DNA from: Paraspadella gotoi
Taxonomy: Eukaryota > Animalia > Chaetognatha
Reading direction: 5' to 3'
Assembly: GCA_051294375.1 (NCBI GenBank)
Contig: CM119264.1
Coordinates: forward strand, 22,779,826-22,843,825
DNA length: 64,000 bases
Positions 13,505 through 56,200 of this stretch are shown piece by piece. How positions within the stretch are numbered: position 1 is the stretch's first letter; each line of letters opens with the position of its first letter. Made by a program: the position numbers and the translations under genes. The notes beneath the pieces are model-generated. The model worked only from the letters and a program-made list of their open reading frames with translations. It had not been told where the DNA came from and searched no databases.

Positions 13505-14904
13505 AACGACGAGAAAGACGACGACGACGGCGACGACGACAAATTCTAGGACGACCTGGGCATCGCCCATGAGGACGACGATGGGGAAGACGACGACGGC
13601 AACGACGACGAGGTAGACTAGTAAGACACGCGGCTGCAGGACGAACCTCGTCGAGCATTCCCCGGCGAAATCGAGAACGAGGCTCTGGGCGGATGTCAGG
13701 ATCGACGAAAACTAGATTAAGTCGGGAGCCGATGGCCAAAAGACTTTCTCTAACTGGCGGCTAATGGTCATTATCCTAATCATATTTTTGGTGCATTATT
13801 CTTTCGATTCAATCCTCAACTTTTTATTTTCCTCGGGCAACGACGACAACGACGACAACGACGAAGAACAAAAACGTTGCCGATGACGAAAAAAACTTTG
13901 GCAAGGATGACAGCGTGAAATTTTTACCAAAATCAAAACCTTAATTGATTAATACCATTCTTGCGATGCGAATAAAAATAATATTAATAATTATAATAAT
14001 ATTTTCTTTTAAAAGAAATATGTATAAATTGTATATTGAGTATACGTATGAAAAAAGTTTAAGCAATGGTGAAACAAAAGTTACAGAGGCCAGCTGCCAA
14101 AATGGGCAGAACCGATAAAAAAAAAATAAATAAAAAAACCTTTGCGACAAAACGATAGCTTTTTACGGTTTGTTTATTCTATCAACGATCGTTCGACCTC
14201 ATCTGCCTTCTATTCGTTTTGTTGTTAAATTGTGCAAACGTTGGAATTCGCGTGGGAAGTAATTTTTATGAAAATTTGCTATTTCAATTCGTTAAATTAT
14301 AAAATATTTTATAAATATATTTTTATTTATTATTATATATATATATATATTTTTTATTCATATTTTTCCTCTTTTTAACTAAATTATTTGTTTATTTTTG
14401 AAAAGGGGGATCTTAGTGTTGCCTTCTGGAAGTATTCGAAGCATGGATGTAAAATACTTTCTGCCCTAGTTTTTGAAATAGATGTCACCATTATTATTCC
14501 GGTTCAAAGGTCATAAAACAAATTATCACAAGCGTTTTAAAGTCACATCCTCGGAAATTTGGTCTATTGTGTCACCTTCGAATGCGCGACATTTAAAGCT
14601 CAATGACTAACAAGAAATCTCTCTCTTTCTCGATCTCGAGTATCACGATTTCACGACTTATGCAAAGACATTAGATTAACAAAATTTAATCACAGAGAGA
14701 TTTGCAAAGATGTAATAAGAAAACATCGATAAATTTCGAAGTACAAATGTCGATAGCAAAAAAAGAAAAAGTTTTGACTAAGAAAATACATGTAAGCTTT
14801 AGATAGTTAAAAAAGGCACCAAATTAAATGAAATCCGATAATAACCTTCTTAAATCACAATGAATTTGACTGGTAGTTCCATCGTTAACCCCAAGAAAAA
14901 AGGA

Positions 14905-16960
14905 TTACAAAATATGGCAGCATTCTTGCTCCGTGTAGCGCTGCACTTCCGGCGCCGGGGGTAGCATGTGAGGCGGCGGCTCAGCAAAGGCGCCGTCAAA
15001 ATAGAATCTCAGGACGAACAAATACCAAACAGACGCGTCTCCGCCTTCGTAGGTGTACGTGTTTTCGGACCCGTAATGTTGGCTCGAGCCTGAGTACGGA
15101 GATGTTTTGCAAAATATGATCATATTGATCTGCCCCTCTAAGTGTAACTGACAGAGCTATTTTACAATTCAATAATTTTTCTTTATACGTAACTTTATCC
15201 CATCTTACCTGATCCCAACCCTGGTTGTCTCCTCATCATTCTTATCGGAATTGTTTCAGCAGAGATGACGTTGGCGCCTGAAAAAAAAAAAATTACAATT
15301 ACAAACTTGGCACGAATTCATATTAAGACTATTACATTTTATTCAATTTCATCTGGCAGTTTAAACTGTTAATGTATTAATACTTAAATTTGTAAAATTT
15401 AACTCACCCGTTTGCTGCAGCCAGGCGTTGGCACGCTGCAGCGTCTGACTTTGACTTTCAAAAGGTAAATCCTGGGTGAAGCCCATGGAAAATCCTATTG
15501 GGCCGAGTTGAACCGGTTCGAATGTTCTAATAAATAAAAAGTAATTATCTACATCTATATCTAATTATCTATAGACCAAATATGACTTTGATTTATTTGG
15601 GGTCGATAGTCGTCATTTTTTTCGTCATAATTTTCAAATATTCGTTGTTGTTATTGCTGGTTTCACACCTGTAAGTTAAGTTCAAAGGCCGCGGGTTCGT
15701 GAAGGGAGAATCGGAGGGCATCATCGTATAATAGACGCGGACGAAACTGACGAAGGTGATGCTTCGATTCGAGGCGTCGAAATAAAACATTTCCTGGCAG
15801 AAGAAAAAATAAAGTCATTAAACCCAAGACTTAAAATATTTTTTTGATGCTCAAATGTTTGCCAATTGAATCAGAAACTCCTTGTATTGAGTATTGTATT
15901 TGGGTACATCTTTTACCTGTGTGTTGACTTGTTGAGCTCCCCAGTAGTGATATTTGCACTCGAGTGACTGAACGTTGGTGAAGTTAACTGTCGTTTGCTG
16001 TTGAGCCCACTGAGTCGCGCGCATTACGACATTGACGAAAGGTTCGAAATTGGGGATGGTGCTGGGGGTGGGACATTGGTAAGATGAGTGAGAGAGAGAG
16101 AGAGGAAAACAATGGCGGGAAGAAGAATGAAGGTTAAAGGAGTAAAAATTATTAATAGGGGTTCAAAGAGGGAGAGCGAGAGGCAGAGCGAGAAAAGTAA
16201 AATCAATATAAATTTCAATGAAGTGGAGGAAAGTAGGAAAAAAAAAGAATAAAAAAGAAAAAAGAATCGAACGAAAAAACGGAGTGAAAGAAATATAAAG
16301 AGAAGAGGGAGGGGGCAAAAAAAGAGAGATTTATAAAATCACCTAAAAAAGTTGTAAAAAAAGAAAAAAAAACATGTTCTAACAAAAGTTGAGCTTTATA
16401 TTATTATTTCCGTTCTTACGCGAGCAAGACTTTATTTTCTCCGATTTTCATTGGAGCGAAATCGGCAGCGCCCAGCATCTCGTAACATGGCGGACCTGCG
16501 GAAAAAGAGAAACAGTTCCGTCGCCAGTGAACAAACTTTACAAATATAGAAATGTATCAGCCTAATTTGCCTCACTGAAAATTTCAATCTATAGATAGAT
16601 TTCACGTAATAATTACCGCAAATGTAAAAGACTCTTATGCAGCTGACGTAGCTGTTGTGCCCTCTTTCCACGAAATATGTCCTTTCGGGATCAACTCTGA
16701 AAAAAAAAATTCATACATCACATACTTCCTATAGCATGCGTCGATATATAATTATGAACGTTTGTATAAAAAGAGTGAAATTGACAATTAAAAACTACAA
16801 TGTCAACTAATTTCATCCAATCTTCAGACCAAACCTAAAATCGCTCCACACCGACGTCATCGTGATGTCCTGAGTCTCGATGTTTAAAATTTTTCCTTGA
16901 AGCGGATTCGACTTCAACATCGCATTGACCTTTTCGATGGTCTGATTAAAGTTTTCGTAA

Positions 16961-17041
<81 letters not shown>

Positions 17042-18216
17042 CATGCGTTTGATTCCCATTCGGTTGCGCTTGCTTAAATCCTTAAATGCGCTTGGTACTC
17101 ACTTGGTTGACTCAAGAACCCCCCTGAACTCGTGCAGGCGGGGAGGACGTTAATGTAAGAAAGCTGCTGCGGCTGCGATGCGTCGGGAGATGCGCGGCAC
17201 CACAGGCGGAGGTTGCGCAGGTAGGCGATGGCGCGCTTGCCTGGTGTAGATAATGAAGGCAATAAAATTAAGCTCTGTCTATGATTGTTATCACGTCAAT
17301 CAATACAATCAACTTAAACAATGAGGCAATCATTTGAAGAAAGCGTATGATAGTTAATACAAATCCAAAACAATCAAAATACGGATTTAATAAACAAAGG
17401 AACAATAGCTAAGGGAAATTACCCGGGTTAAGGTAAGTCGACCTGTCTAGGTTTATCCCGCCTTCCCAGTAATTGTATCTCTTTTCCGAACTCTCGCACT
17501 GGATGACCTGAATCGAAGACAAGAGAAAGGTTAACTGCATACTGAACTTATATAAACAAAAACAAAAGCCAATTCTCGTACCTTAAACCCGGGATTGGCT
17601 CTGAGGTATTCGTTGGCGCGGGCGATCAACGTCGCGAATGGTTCGTATGTAGGCGAAGACAGCATTCCGCCTGGAGGAAGGGAGAAAAAGGGTAGAAGGA
17701 TAAAAAAGAAAAAACATTGAAGATCAATGATAAGAAAGAGAAGAGAGGAAAGGGAAGAGAATGAGGGAGAAAAAAGAAAAAAATAATAAAATAGAATATA
17801 AAAAAAGGAGAAAAAAAGTGAAAAATAAAATGAAACGATAAAAAGAAAACAAGAAAAAATAAAAACCGATATAAGTATGAGAAAAGATGAGAAAGGAACT
17901 CTCGGAATGGAAATGACAGGTTAATGGAATGTGACACTGGGTTGCAAATGGTAAACGATTTTAAAAGCAATAAATTAAAAAAAATGAACAATCCACAAGC
18001 CTGTCACGAAGATCTCACCCGGAGAATTAAACAGAAAATTACATAGTCCAAGACATAGTAATCCATATCACCTTGGTTAATGCACGAAGGCAAAAAGTCC
18101 ACATAAAAAACTTGATTGTGTCCATGAGGTGGAGCCTGTGGAAATGGCGTCGCTTGCGGCATCATTCCAGGTTGAGGCATAGGTCCGGTCTGCGGCTGTG
18201 GCATTGCTTGAGCCAT
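14905..18216 (-). CDS. Uncharacterised 460-aa protein: Pro/Gln/Met-rich N-terminus, four ~90-aa repeats, C-terminal CCHIL CaaX motif
   Basis: Twelve GT-AG exons with matching phases: 18216-18072, 17670-17582, 17507-17423, 17240-17103, 16961-16835, 16696-16617, 16495-16420, 16061-15917, 15793-15669, 15526-15408, 15277-15209, 15089-14905 (1383 nt, no internal stop). Internal repeat pattern DFxP...(Y/F)ExF...RAN.WL...N(V/I)(E/Q)(S/T)...(L/I/V)RV(Y/F)Y. Confidence 0.85.
16964..17039. repeat. (AG)n/(CT)n microsatellite forming the polypyrimidine tract of an intron
   Basis: Pure CT run on the - strand ends directly at the CAG acceptor (16964-16962) of exon 5 of the four-repeat gene. Confidence 0.9.
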
Positions 18217-19184
18217 TTTTTATATTTATCGTTTATTTTACGTATTTATAAAATCATGGAAGCCTAACAGTAAAGTTACATAATTAGATTGTAACTAAGC
18301 AACGAATAAATTAATATCAAAAAAACTGTTAAGATAAGTAAACAGTATACGTAAAAACGGTTTACTGAAGTTGGATACAAGTAAACATGTTTAAACATCA
18401 AAGTAGGAAAAAAACGAATGACGGAAATGTAGATTCCACACCAAAACAACCGGACCGAGCCCCAAAACTGGAAATGTTCTTTTGTCTAAAACAAGAAAAA
18501 AAAGCTGACGAACTCGTTCGATTACATCCAAGCGATTTCTGACGTTAAACTTAAATCCGGAACGAAAAAATAGGAACATTTAGTTTTTTATTATTATTTT
18601 TTTTAAAGCATTGAATTATATGAAAAGGAATATTACAACACATACTCAACAAGGTTAAAAGCGATGTGAATTTTCGCTTTGTAAACCGTAAATACTTATA
18701 AAGACGAATATTTTTGAGAAGTGATATTTTTAAGAAGTGGAGATGTAGAGTGGGAAAAATTTCGGAGAGAATAAGTTAAGGAATTAATTATAAAAGAGTA
18801 AAGGAATAAGAGATAAGAGGAGGGGGAGGAGGTATTGAGAGTGGTTGAAAGCAAAGACAAAAAAAGCTGGTTTGAGTGCAAAGGAAGAGAAGGTGAAGAA
18901 AGACTAATTTTGGGCTCAGTGACCGAAAAAATCCAATTCTGTTCCCAAATTCCCCAATAAATCAAGATTTGGACTCAATCCAAAGTTTTTCATTGGGTCA
19001 CCGTCGATGCTTCTGACACTAAATCTTTCGAAAATGGTGATCGTGATTATAATTAATTAATTAATTATGTAAACAAGAAAATAAAATCGGCGATAGAATT
19101 CTTTAAAAATTTTAATGCAAGCTAAGAAATTATTTTGTTTCCTCAGTTCAAACGCCGGTCGTTAAAACTTAAAAAAAGGCTTTA

Positions 19185-19799
19185 CCTTATTTGGAAATAT
19201 TTTTGCAATTGTTTTCTTTACTGATGTAGTTTTCTCTTTTTTTCAATTCCATTCCATTCCATTTGCTTTTCTGATTTCTATACCTCCGCTATTTTTCTAT
19301 AATTTTCTAGATGAATTTCTTTTTAGTAAGACATAAATCCATCCATCCTAATAGGAAATCCTGTTAATTTTAGCCAAGGATAATTTTAACTTGAATTACT
19401 AGACAACTATTAAGCTCTAAGAAAAAAAAAACAATATACTTGGAAGATGAAACTATAATACAAATTTGATCAAGTTTTTTGAAACAGATAACCATTGGTT
19501 ATATGAAAATTTTCAAATTACTTGTTTCACTATTTTTTATTTTTCTATTTTAATATTTTAATATTTTTATTATTTCAATAATATTTGCGTTTGAAACGTA
19601 AGGTCAATTACCCGACTTTCGGTCCTGTAAAACAAATCGACAAAAACGGAAAAACCGTTTTTCACCGTTGAACTTTTTGCTCCTCGACAGTTGAGCTTCT
19701 TTGTCGTTTGAAATCCCCAGGAATTGGATTTCCTTATTTGGAAGAGAGAATTTGAAACTCACGACGATGCTGAGTCACGTGATTTGGGTCGAGACGATG

Positions 19800-19852
<53 letters not shown>

Positions 19853-20090
19853 TGTCCGTCACGCAATTATAATTATTTTAGATATGTTTAATGTTTAAAC
19901 TTAAACAATTATACATATATGAAACGAATGATACGGACTAATTTTATACTTATGAATATGAGCATTTTCAAATCCTTTCTGAAAAAGTATTATTTGTTTA
20001 AAAAAAATTGAACTCTTTGAGTTGTAAGACTATCGAAAAGTTCGTGATGATAGTTTCTCTCCTCAGCTGACAAGCGAAGATCCCCGGGGA

Positions 20091-20151
<61 letters not shown>

Positions 20152-20228
20152 TTCTCTTTCCTCTCTCCGGACATTCGGCGAGTTACGACCGTTTGTGAAA
20201 AATTGAGGGACAACTTTTCCTTATTTGG
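19185..20228. promoter_or_regulatory. Three identical CArG boxes (SRF sites) upstream of actin
   Basis: CCTTATTTGG at 19185-19194, 19732-19741 and 20219-20228, each fitting CC(A/T)6GG. Confidence 0.75.
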
Positions 20229-21079
20229 GCATCGGGCGCCCGGTTTCATTCATCGTTGTCATCGTCGTCGTCGCCGCTGTTGTCGTCGCCGCCGTCGTCA
20301 TCGTCGTGATCCTCGTCTTCACTACCGTATTCTCAGCGGCTCTCAAGTTTAAAAATATTTTTGATTGAAACTTTAAGTTTAAGTCCTTAGTTGAATAAGA
20401 TGCAGTTATAATATTTTTTAGTTTCAAAAAATAAACTTTTTGTTTTAACTTGGTTCTTATTTGTATTTATTAATGAGTTTAAATTCCTAAACTTAAATTT
20501 AAAATTATTTGTATCCAATTAACTTATTAAATTAGCTATTACAACTTATAATCTGTCAAATGCGACGACTGATTTTCTCTTTCAACCTTCAACAAATTTC
20601 CTTTAACGCAGGAATAACAATTTTTTTCAACTTGCGACTTACTTCTCCGATCCACCGGAGTGACTTCGATTTATAAACCTGCAGTTTATTCACCCTTTCG
20701 AACTGGAGTGACTCTCGTTTTTTTCAATCCGTAGTGAGACCTCACACCGTCCTTCCGTTTAAAACAGAAATTTGGCGCTCACTCGGCGACTTTCTCCTCC
20801 AACGAATTTTCAAAAGAAAACAAAAACGGAATTTTAACTTTTTATTTCATTAAATATTCTTTTACTAATAATTCAACGATCTTTGTGCAATAATCACTAA
20901 TTCACAGAATTCCTCACTCGTTCTAATTTTAAATTTTAAATCTTCATCGTTATAATTTTAGTTTTAATTATTTTTTTGAAAATCAAATTCCGTATCTTTA
21001 ACTTTTCAGATAGAACGTCCGACGTAATCTTTTATTTCGAATCCAACAACCGATTATAAAAAAAAACAAAACAAACAAA

Positions 21080-24745
<3,666 letters not shown>

Positions 24746-25676
24746 AAATTCTTTTTTGTAATTTGAAGAACACTGCGTCTTTGTAGTTGAATTAGTAGGC
24801 TTACGTTTTAATAAATAAACTTGGTTGTTGACACTTTCTTTTTTTTTTCTTCTCCGGTTTAATTCTAATATTTATTTCGAAATATTTCTTTTTTTTAATA
24901 CAAATTCACTGATTATTTTTCAACTTTTTTTTATCGAAGTAAACTAGAAATTTATAGACAGTGGAAAAATGTTTTCATTTCACTATAATAATTAACGTCC
25001 ACATGCTACAACATTGAAATAAAAAATTCGGTAGGAACGTTGAGAATATTCCAACGATAGGAGAATAGAACACATTGACTATGGAGTAATCATGAAATAA
25101 TCTCTGCGATTAATGCAAAATGTGAATGGGTAAGAATAACATTGATTTTGTCTTTGTCTCAAGAGGGCGTTGAAAATTTTTGTAAAATTAAAAATGAGAA
25201 TCGTTTAAAATAGATTTTCAGTGTGCAAATTTTACGACGGATGCGCTCAACTGCGATGATTCTCTTTCTGTAGATCATTAAACAATAAATACAAGAAAAA
25301 TACGGAGCTTCATTTCTTTGGACCAAGTTTAAAAACGGTGGGGTCGTTAAATAAATTTTTCATTTCTATTTCATTTTTTTACTATTTCGTTTGTAAAAAG
25401 TCATGGTAACGGAAAACCCCTTTTTTTATGACACGATTAATTCCACAATTAATCCCGAATGAGACTACAGTAATTAACTAATCGGAATGACGGGGGGAAA
25501 TCTCGATAAGGTAAACAAAAGATCTTCTCGCGCTGATAAATAAATTTGTCTATCCTTGTTTCGTCCGAGGAAGAGAATCAGATTCCAGGATGAAATTGGA
25601 TTTTTCAAAATTTGCTCTCAATAGCGTCGATCGACAGATTTCTCTGTCGCTCTTCCTCCATCTTCCTCCATCCCCT

Positions 25677-52071
<26,395 letters not shown>

Positions 52072-53122
52072 CTGTGGGGAAATAAAGGGGAAGAGGAAGA
52101 GAAAGGGAAGGAGCGGGCGATCGAGAGAAAGGAGTGGAGCTAGAGATGAGGAGCTCGTAAAGAAGTGGAGTGGAATTGATGAATGGGGACGATCATTCTC
52201 TGGGCCTTTGATCCGAGGAGCGACATTTGACTCGGTGGCGTTAATGGCGCGAATGGCGCTTTGGGGGAAATTTGACAGAACGCAGATACAGTGACGCAAA
52301 AAATCGATGGCGCGCGTAGTCGTGGAGTAGGCGTTCCGTTAGCGTTAATTATCTGCGTCGATGGCCGGATGGCGTTAAACTATGGCGTGGATGCTTGGTT
52401 GGCGTTGATTGGTGTTGCCCGTGATGGCGTTGGCGGTTGAAAAATCTTTCGTCCATAGATCTCGATCTGTCATGAGAGGGAAATGAACTGTGAAAAAAAC
52501 TGAAGAAAGGGAATACAACTAAGAGAAACGTAAAAATACTATTTTCCAAATCCATGTGTTGAAACAAAGATGGAACGAGACAATTAATTATTCACAGAAG
52601 AAAAGTTAGTGAGTTTAAATATCAAGTTTACTCGCTTTGGGTAAGTTCCAAAACGTCCGCGGAAGAAATCAGAGAAAAAAAACTTTTCTCACTGAAATCA
52701 AAATACTTTTCTTACAAGATGCTTTTCTATTTCTCTTCTTCTCTTCTTTTATAAAACAGTTACTTTGCGATTAACCTATCTAAAGTCAAACAGCCCTCTA
52801 ATTTTGAACGCTTTAAATAGGCTTCTATTAACAAACTTCTCTAAATAAACTTTTCTCTTATAGACCCTTTTTCCTCCGCTTTTTCCCGATTAAACAAATT
52901 CTCTCTGTAAAATCGACAAAAAAAAAAACGCCAAATTTTTTTTCGCTTAAAAAAAATTTTCAACATCAATGGAAATTTTTTTTTTTTTGGAAAAAAAATC
53001 GACATCAAACGAAATTCATAATTTTTTTCTTTTTTTTCGTGAGAAAAGATGAAATTTTAAAACCGTCTTGGTCTTTGTAAGAGAGAGAGGTAGAGAGGGA
53101 ACGATAGAAAAGAGTGAGATAA

Positions 53123-53204
<82 letters not shown>

Positions 53205-56200
53205 CAAGGAAGAAAGAGAGAGCGAGAAACAGAGAGAGAGAGAGAGAGGGAATACTCAACAAAATATTAAAGCGTATTAAAGGCAATATAGCGACGAAAC
53301 TCCAAGAGGAAAAAAATTTATAAAAACGCAGAAGATTTCGGAACAGTATACTTCATAATCTTTATTTTATATGATTATTTTTAATGCATTCAACCCAAAG
53401 TTGAAAAGCATCTTTCTCAAAGTCGCTCTACAAAAAAAAAAAAGAAAAAAAAAGAAAGGAAAACAGAAACAAACAAAAAAGTGGCGAAGAATTTCAAGAT
53501 GGCGACGAATATTCGGAAGGATTCGTTTGTTTAGGATCCGATGTCGTCGTCGTCGTCGTCGAAGGTGTCTATTAAGTCGCGAAAAAAGACAAAAAGACAA
53601 ATCGAGACAAAAGCCGAGTGATGAAGATGATGACGATTAAGAGAGGAGGAAGAGGAGAAAAGATAAGAAGAAGAAGAAGGAGAAAGAAGAAGGAGAAAGA
53701 AGAAGAAGAAGAAGAATAGGAAGATGAGAGGAAATTTCTTTTCGGCGGCGAAGCCAAAGTCGCCGATCGTTTCGACAACGACAACAACAACAACAACAAC
53801 AAGAGATTAGGAGAAAAGGATTTCGGACGACGCAATTGAAAAGAAAAGAAAGGGAAAACAAAAACAAAAACATAAAAAACAAAATGAAAAATAAAAATAG
53901 AAAAAAAGTTTATTGTAGTCGTAATAGTAACGTTGAAAAAAGTAAGAGGTTCGAAACGGAGTGCGAAAATGTTTGGGAAAAGTGAGGTACAAACTTTATT
54001 TTTTTAAAATAATTTTTGAAAATATTTTTATAGAGTGTCTGTAATTTAAAGTAATAAAGTGGCGCGTTTTTTTTGCACATGAGTGTAATATTAGTAAGAA
54101 GATAAAAAGACAAAGAAAAAATGAAATTATACAAAACGCAAACCGGGAAAAAATATAAATTGAATTATAGTTTCGATTGATTGCGACCAGAGGGACCAAT
54201 CTTCTCTTCCTCTCTTCTCCTCCTCCTCCTCCTCCTCCTCCTCTTCCTCGTCTCCGCCGCCGTATTTGTCCAAAGAATTTCCTCTTGGAATTCGGTTTTT
54301 TGTTCATTTGTTGAATTTCCTCTATCGGAGAGGACGATTTTCGGGGAGGAGAGGGTGGGGGGAAGTGGTGAAAGGGGGAGGTAGAAGGGTGTTAGTGGGG
54401 GTGGGAGAGGAAGGCAAGGGGTAGGGGGGTGAAGGATCAAGGCGAAGACAGTCGTCGTGGGGGGGGGGGGCAGGCAGACCAATCAGTTTCAGCATCGCGA
54501 CGGCAGAGGAAAAATTCCTAGCGGCCAGAAGCTCCGTTACCGTTCCTACCGAGTAGCACCAGAACCATGCAGTTTTCACATCCGAATCAATTTCAGCATC
54601 GCCGAGACCAACGGAAAAATTCCTACCATCTTCGTTACCCCTTGATACCTAATGGCTCTTGGATGGCTGGCCGCATCCCAGCGCCTCCACCACTGTTTCG
54701 ATTACTTTGATTAAATAAATTATTGGTACAGCCGAAGAGTTTAATTAGCTTATTGTGAAGGTCTTTGACTTTTAATTCTTTATTTTAAAGAAAAAATGTC
54801 AACAATTTTTTTTCTCATAATACAATCCTGGCATTCATACTGTAACATATTTTAGCCAATATATAAAAAAAAGGTTTTATGTGAAAATATTTTTGTATAA
54901 AAAGATTTCAGTTTATTGATGCTATTAACTACAATATGTAAATAGAAGAAATTATAGTTCAGTTTTGAGATGCTTAGTTTCAATTTCAAAATGGCTTAAT
55001 CTGACTTTTTTGAAGGCGACGGACCGAGAATCTAACGCATTTTGTAAATGTTTATTTATATTGAATTTGTTGAAAACAAACACCACAGAGACAAAGACAA
55101 TTCTAACAAAGAACGGTAATTACAAATGTATTCGCGTTGCAGTGAACTGCCTTATCACGTATTTAGTCGATAAGTGAAGACAAGACATTTGACGTGACCA
55201 TGAACATGACTTGACTGAAGTGACTACAACGATTTTGATGCGATTACGAGGGCAAAACGTAAGATAAATAATAATTAAAATAAGATAATAATAATAGAAT
55301 AATTTTTAATAATTTATTTACAAAACATCGATGAGCGAGTTGTAAAAGATCTCTCTCTGCTGTCTTAAGCATCAATTTCCTTTTCCTCACCTTCCCTCTC
55401 GCTCTTCTCTGATCCCACTTTAACTTTTCCTCAGGGCATCTGACGCAGCTATCGCTATCTGCAATTCTTTGTTGGACAACTTTTATTTTCTCTCTCTCAG
55501 TCTCGTCTCTATCTCGTCGGCTGCGCTTGTCTCTCTCGCCCGCTTCTCTCTCTCTCTCCGTCTCTCTCTCGCGTCTCTTTCGTTCTCTTTCCGTCTCTTT
55601 CCGTGTCGTGCTTCGTCTCTTTCTGTGTGTGTCTGTCTCTCTCCTGTGTGGGTCTGTCTGTCTCTGTTAGGCGATCTCTTGCGTGATCGTGTCGTTTTTT
55701 GAAGAAATTATGATTTATTTTTGTCGGATCTGCTGTGTCAGCAGTAGCCGCGACTCTGAATAATAATAGATGATAAGTAATATATATAGCATATATATGA
55801 TATATATATAATATCCAGTATAATTCACTTTGTCGGGTGCTCGTCTGTCGCGCCCCGTCAATATTGTCGGGCACGTCACTTATATCATGTCAGAAGCATC
55901 GAATTATGAGTAAATTATGGGCAATAAAAAACGATGTCCGTTCCGTGCCTGTCCCAGCCTTAGGCAAAAAACAGCGGCAATTACTTGCGTGAATTGGATG
56001 GATGAATCTGGAATGAAATTTGTGTGTGGGTAGGGAGGTGTGATTGGAGGGGCTGGTAATAGTTGAAGTTTGTGATAGGAACGTCGCGAGTGGAAATGAA
56101 GTTTAAATGGAAAAAAAAAAAAGTATATTTCACTATTTGAACACCAGTTATTCATGAGTTGGATTGGGGCGATTGACTGTGAAATTTTGTATTTGGGTGA

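Noticed and set aside
13449-13739. Arg-rich 96-aa ORF
   Set aside because: Derived from (ACG)n repeats in a GC-rich promoter-like region; no splice or domain support.
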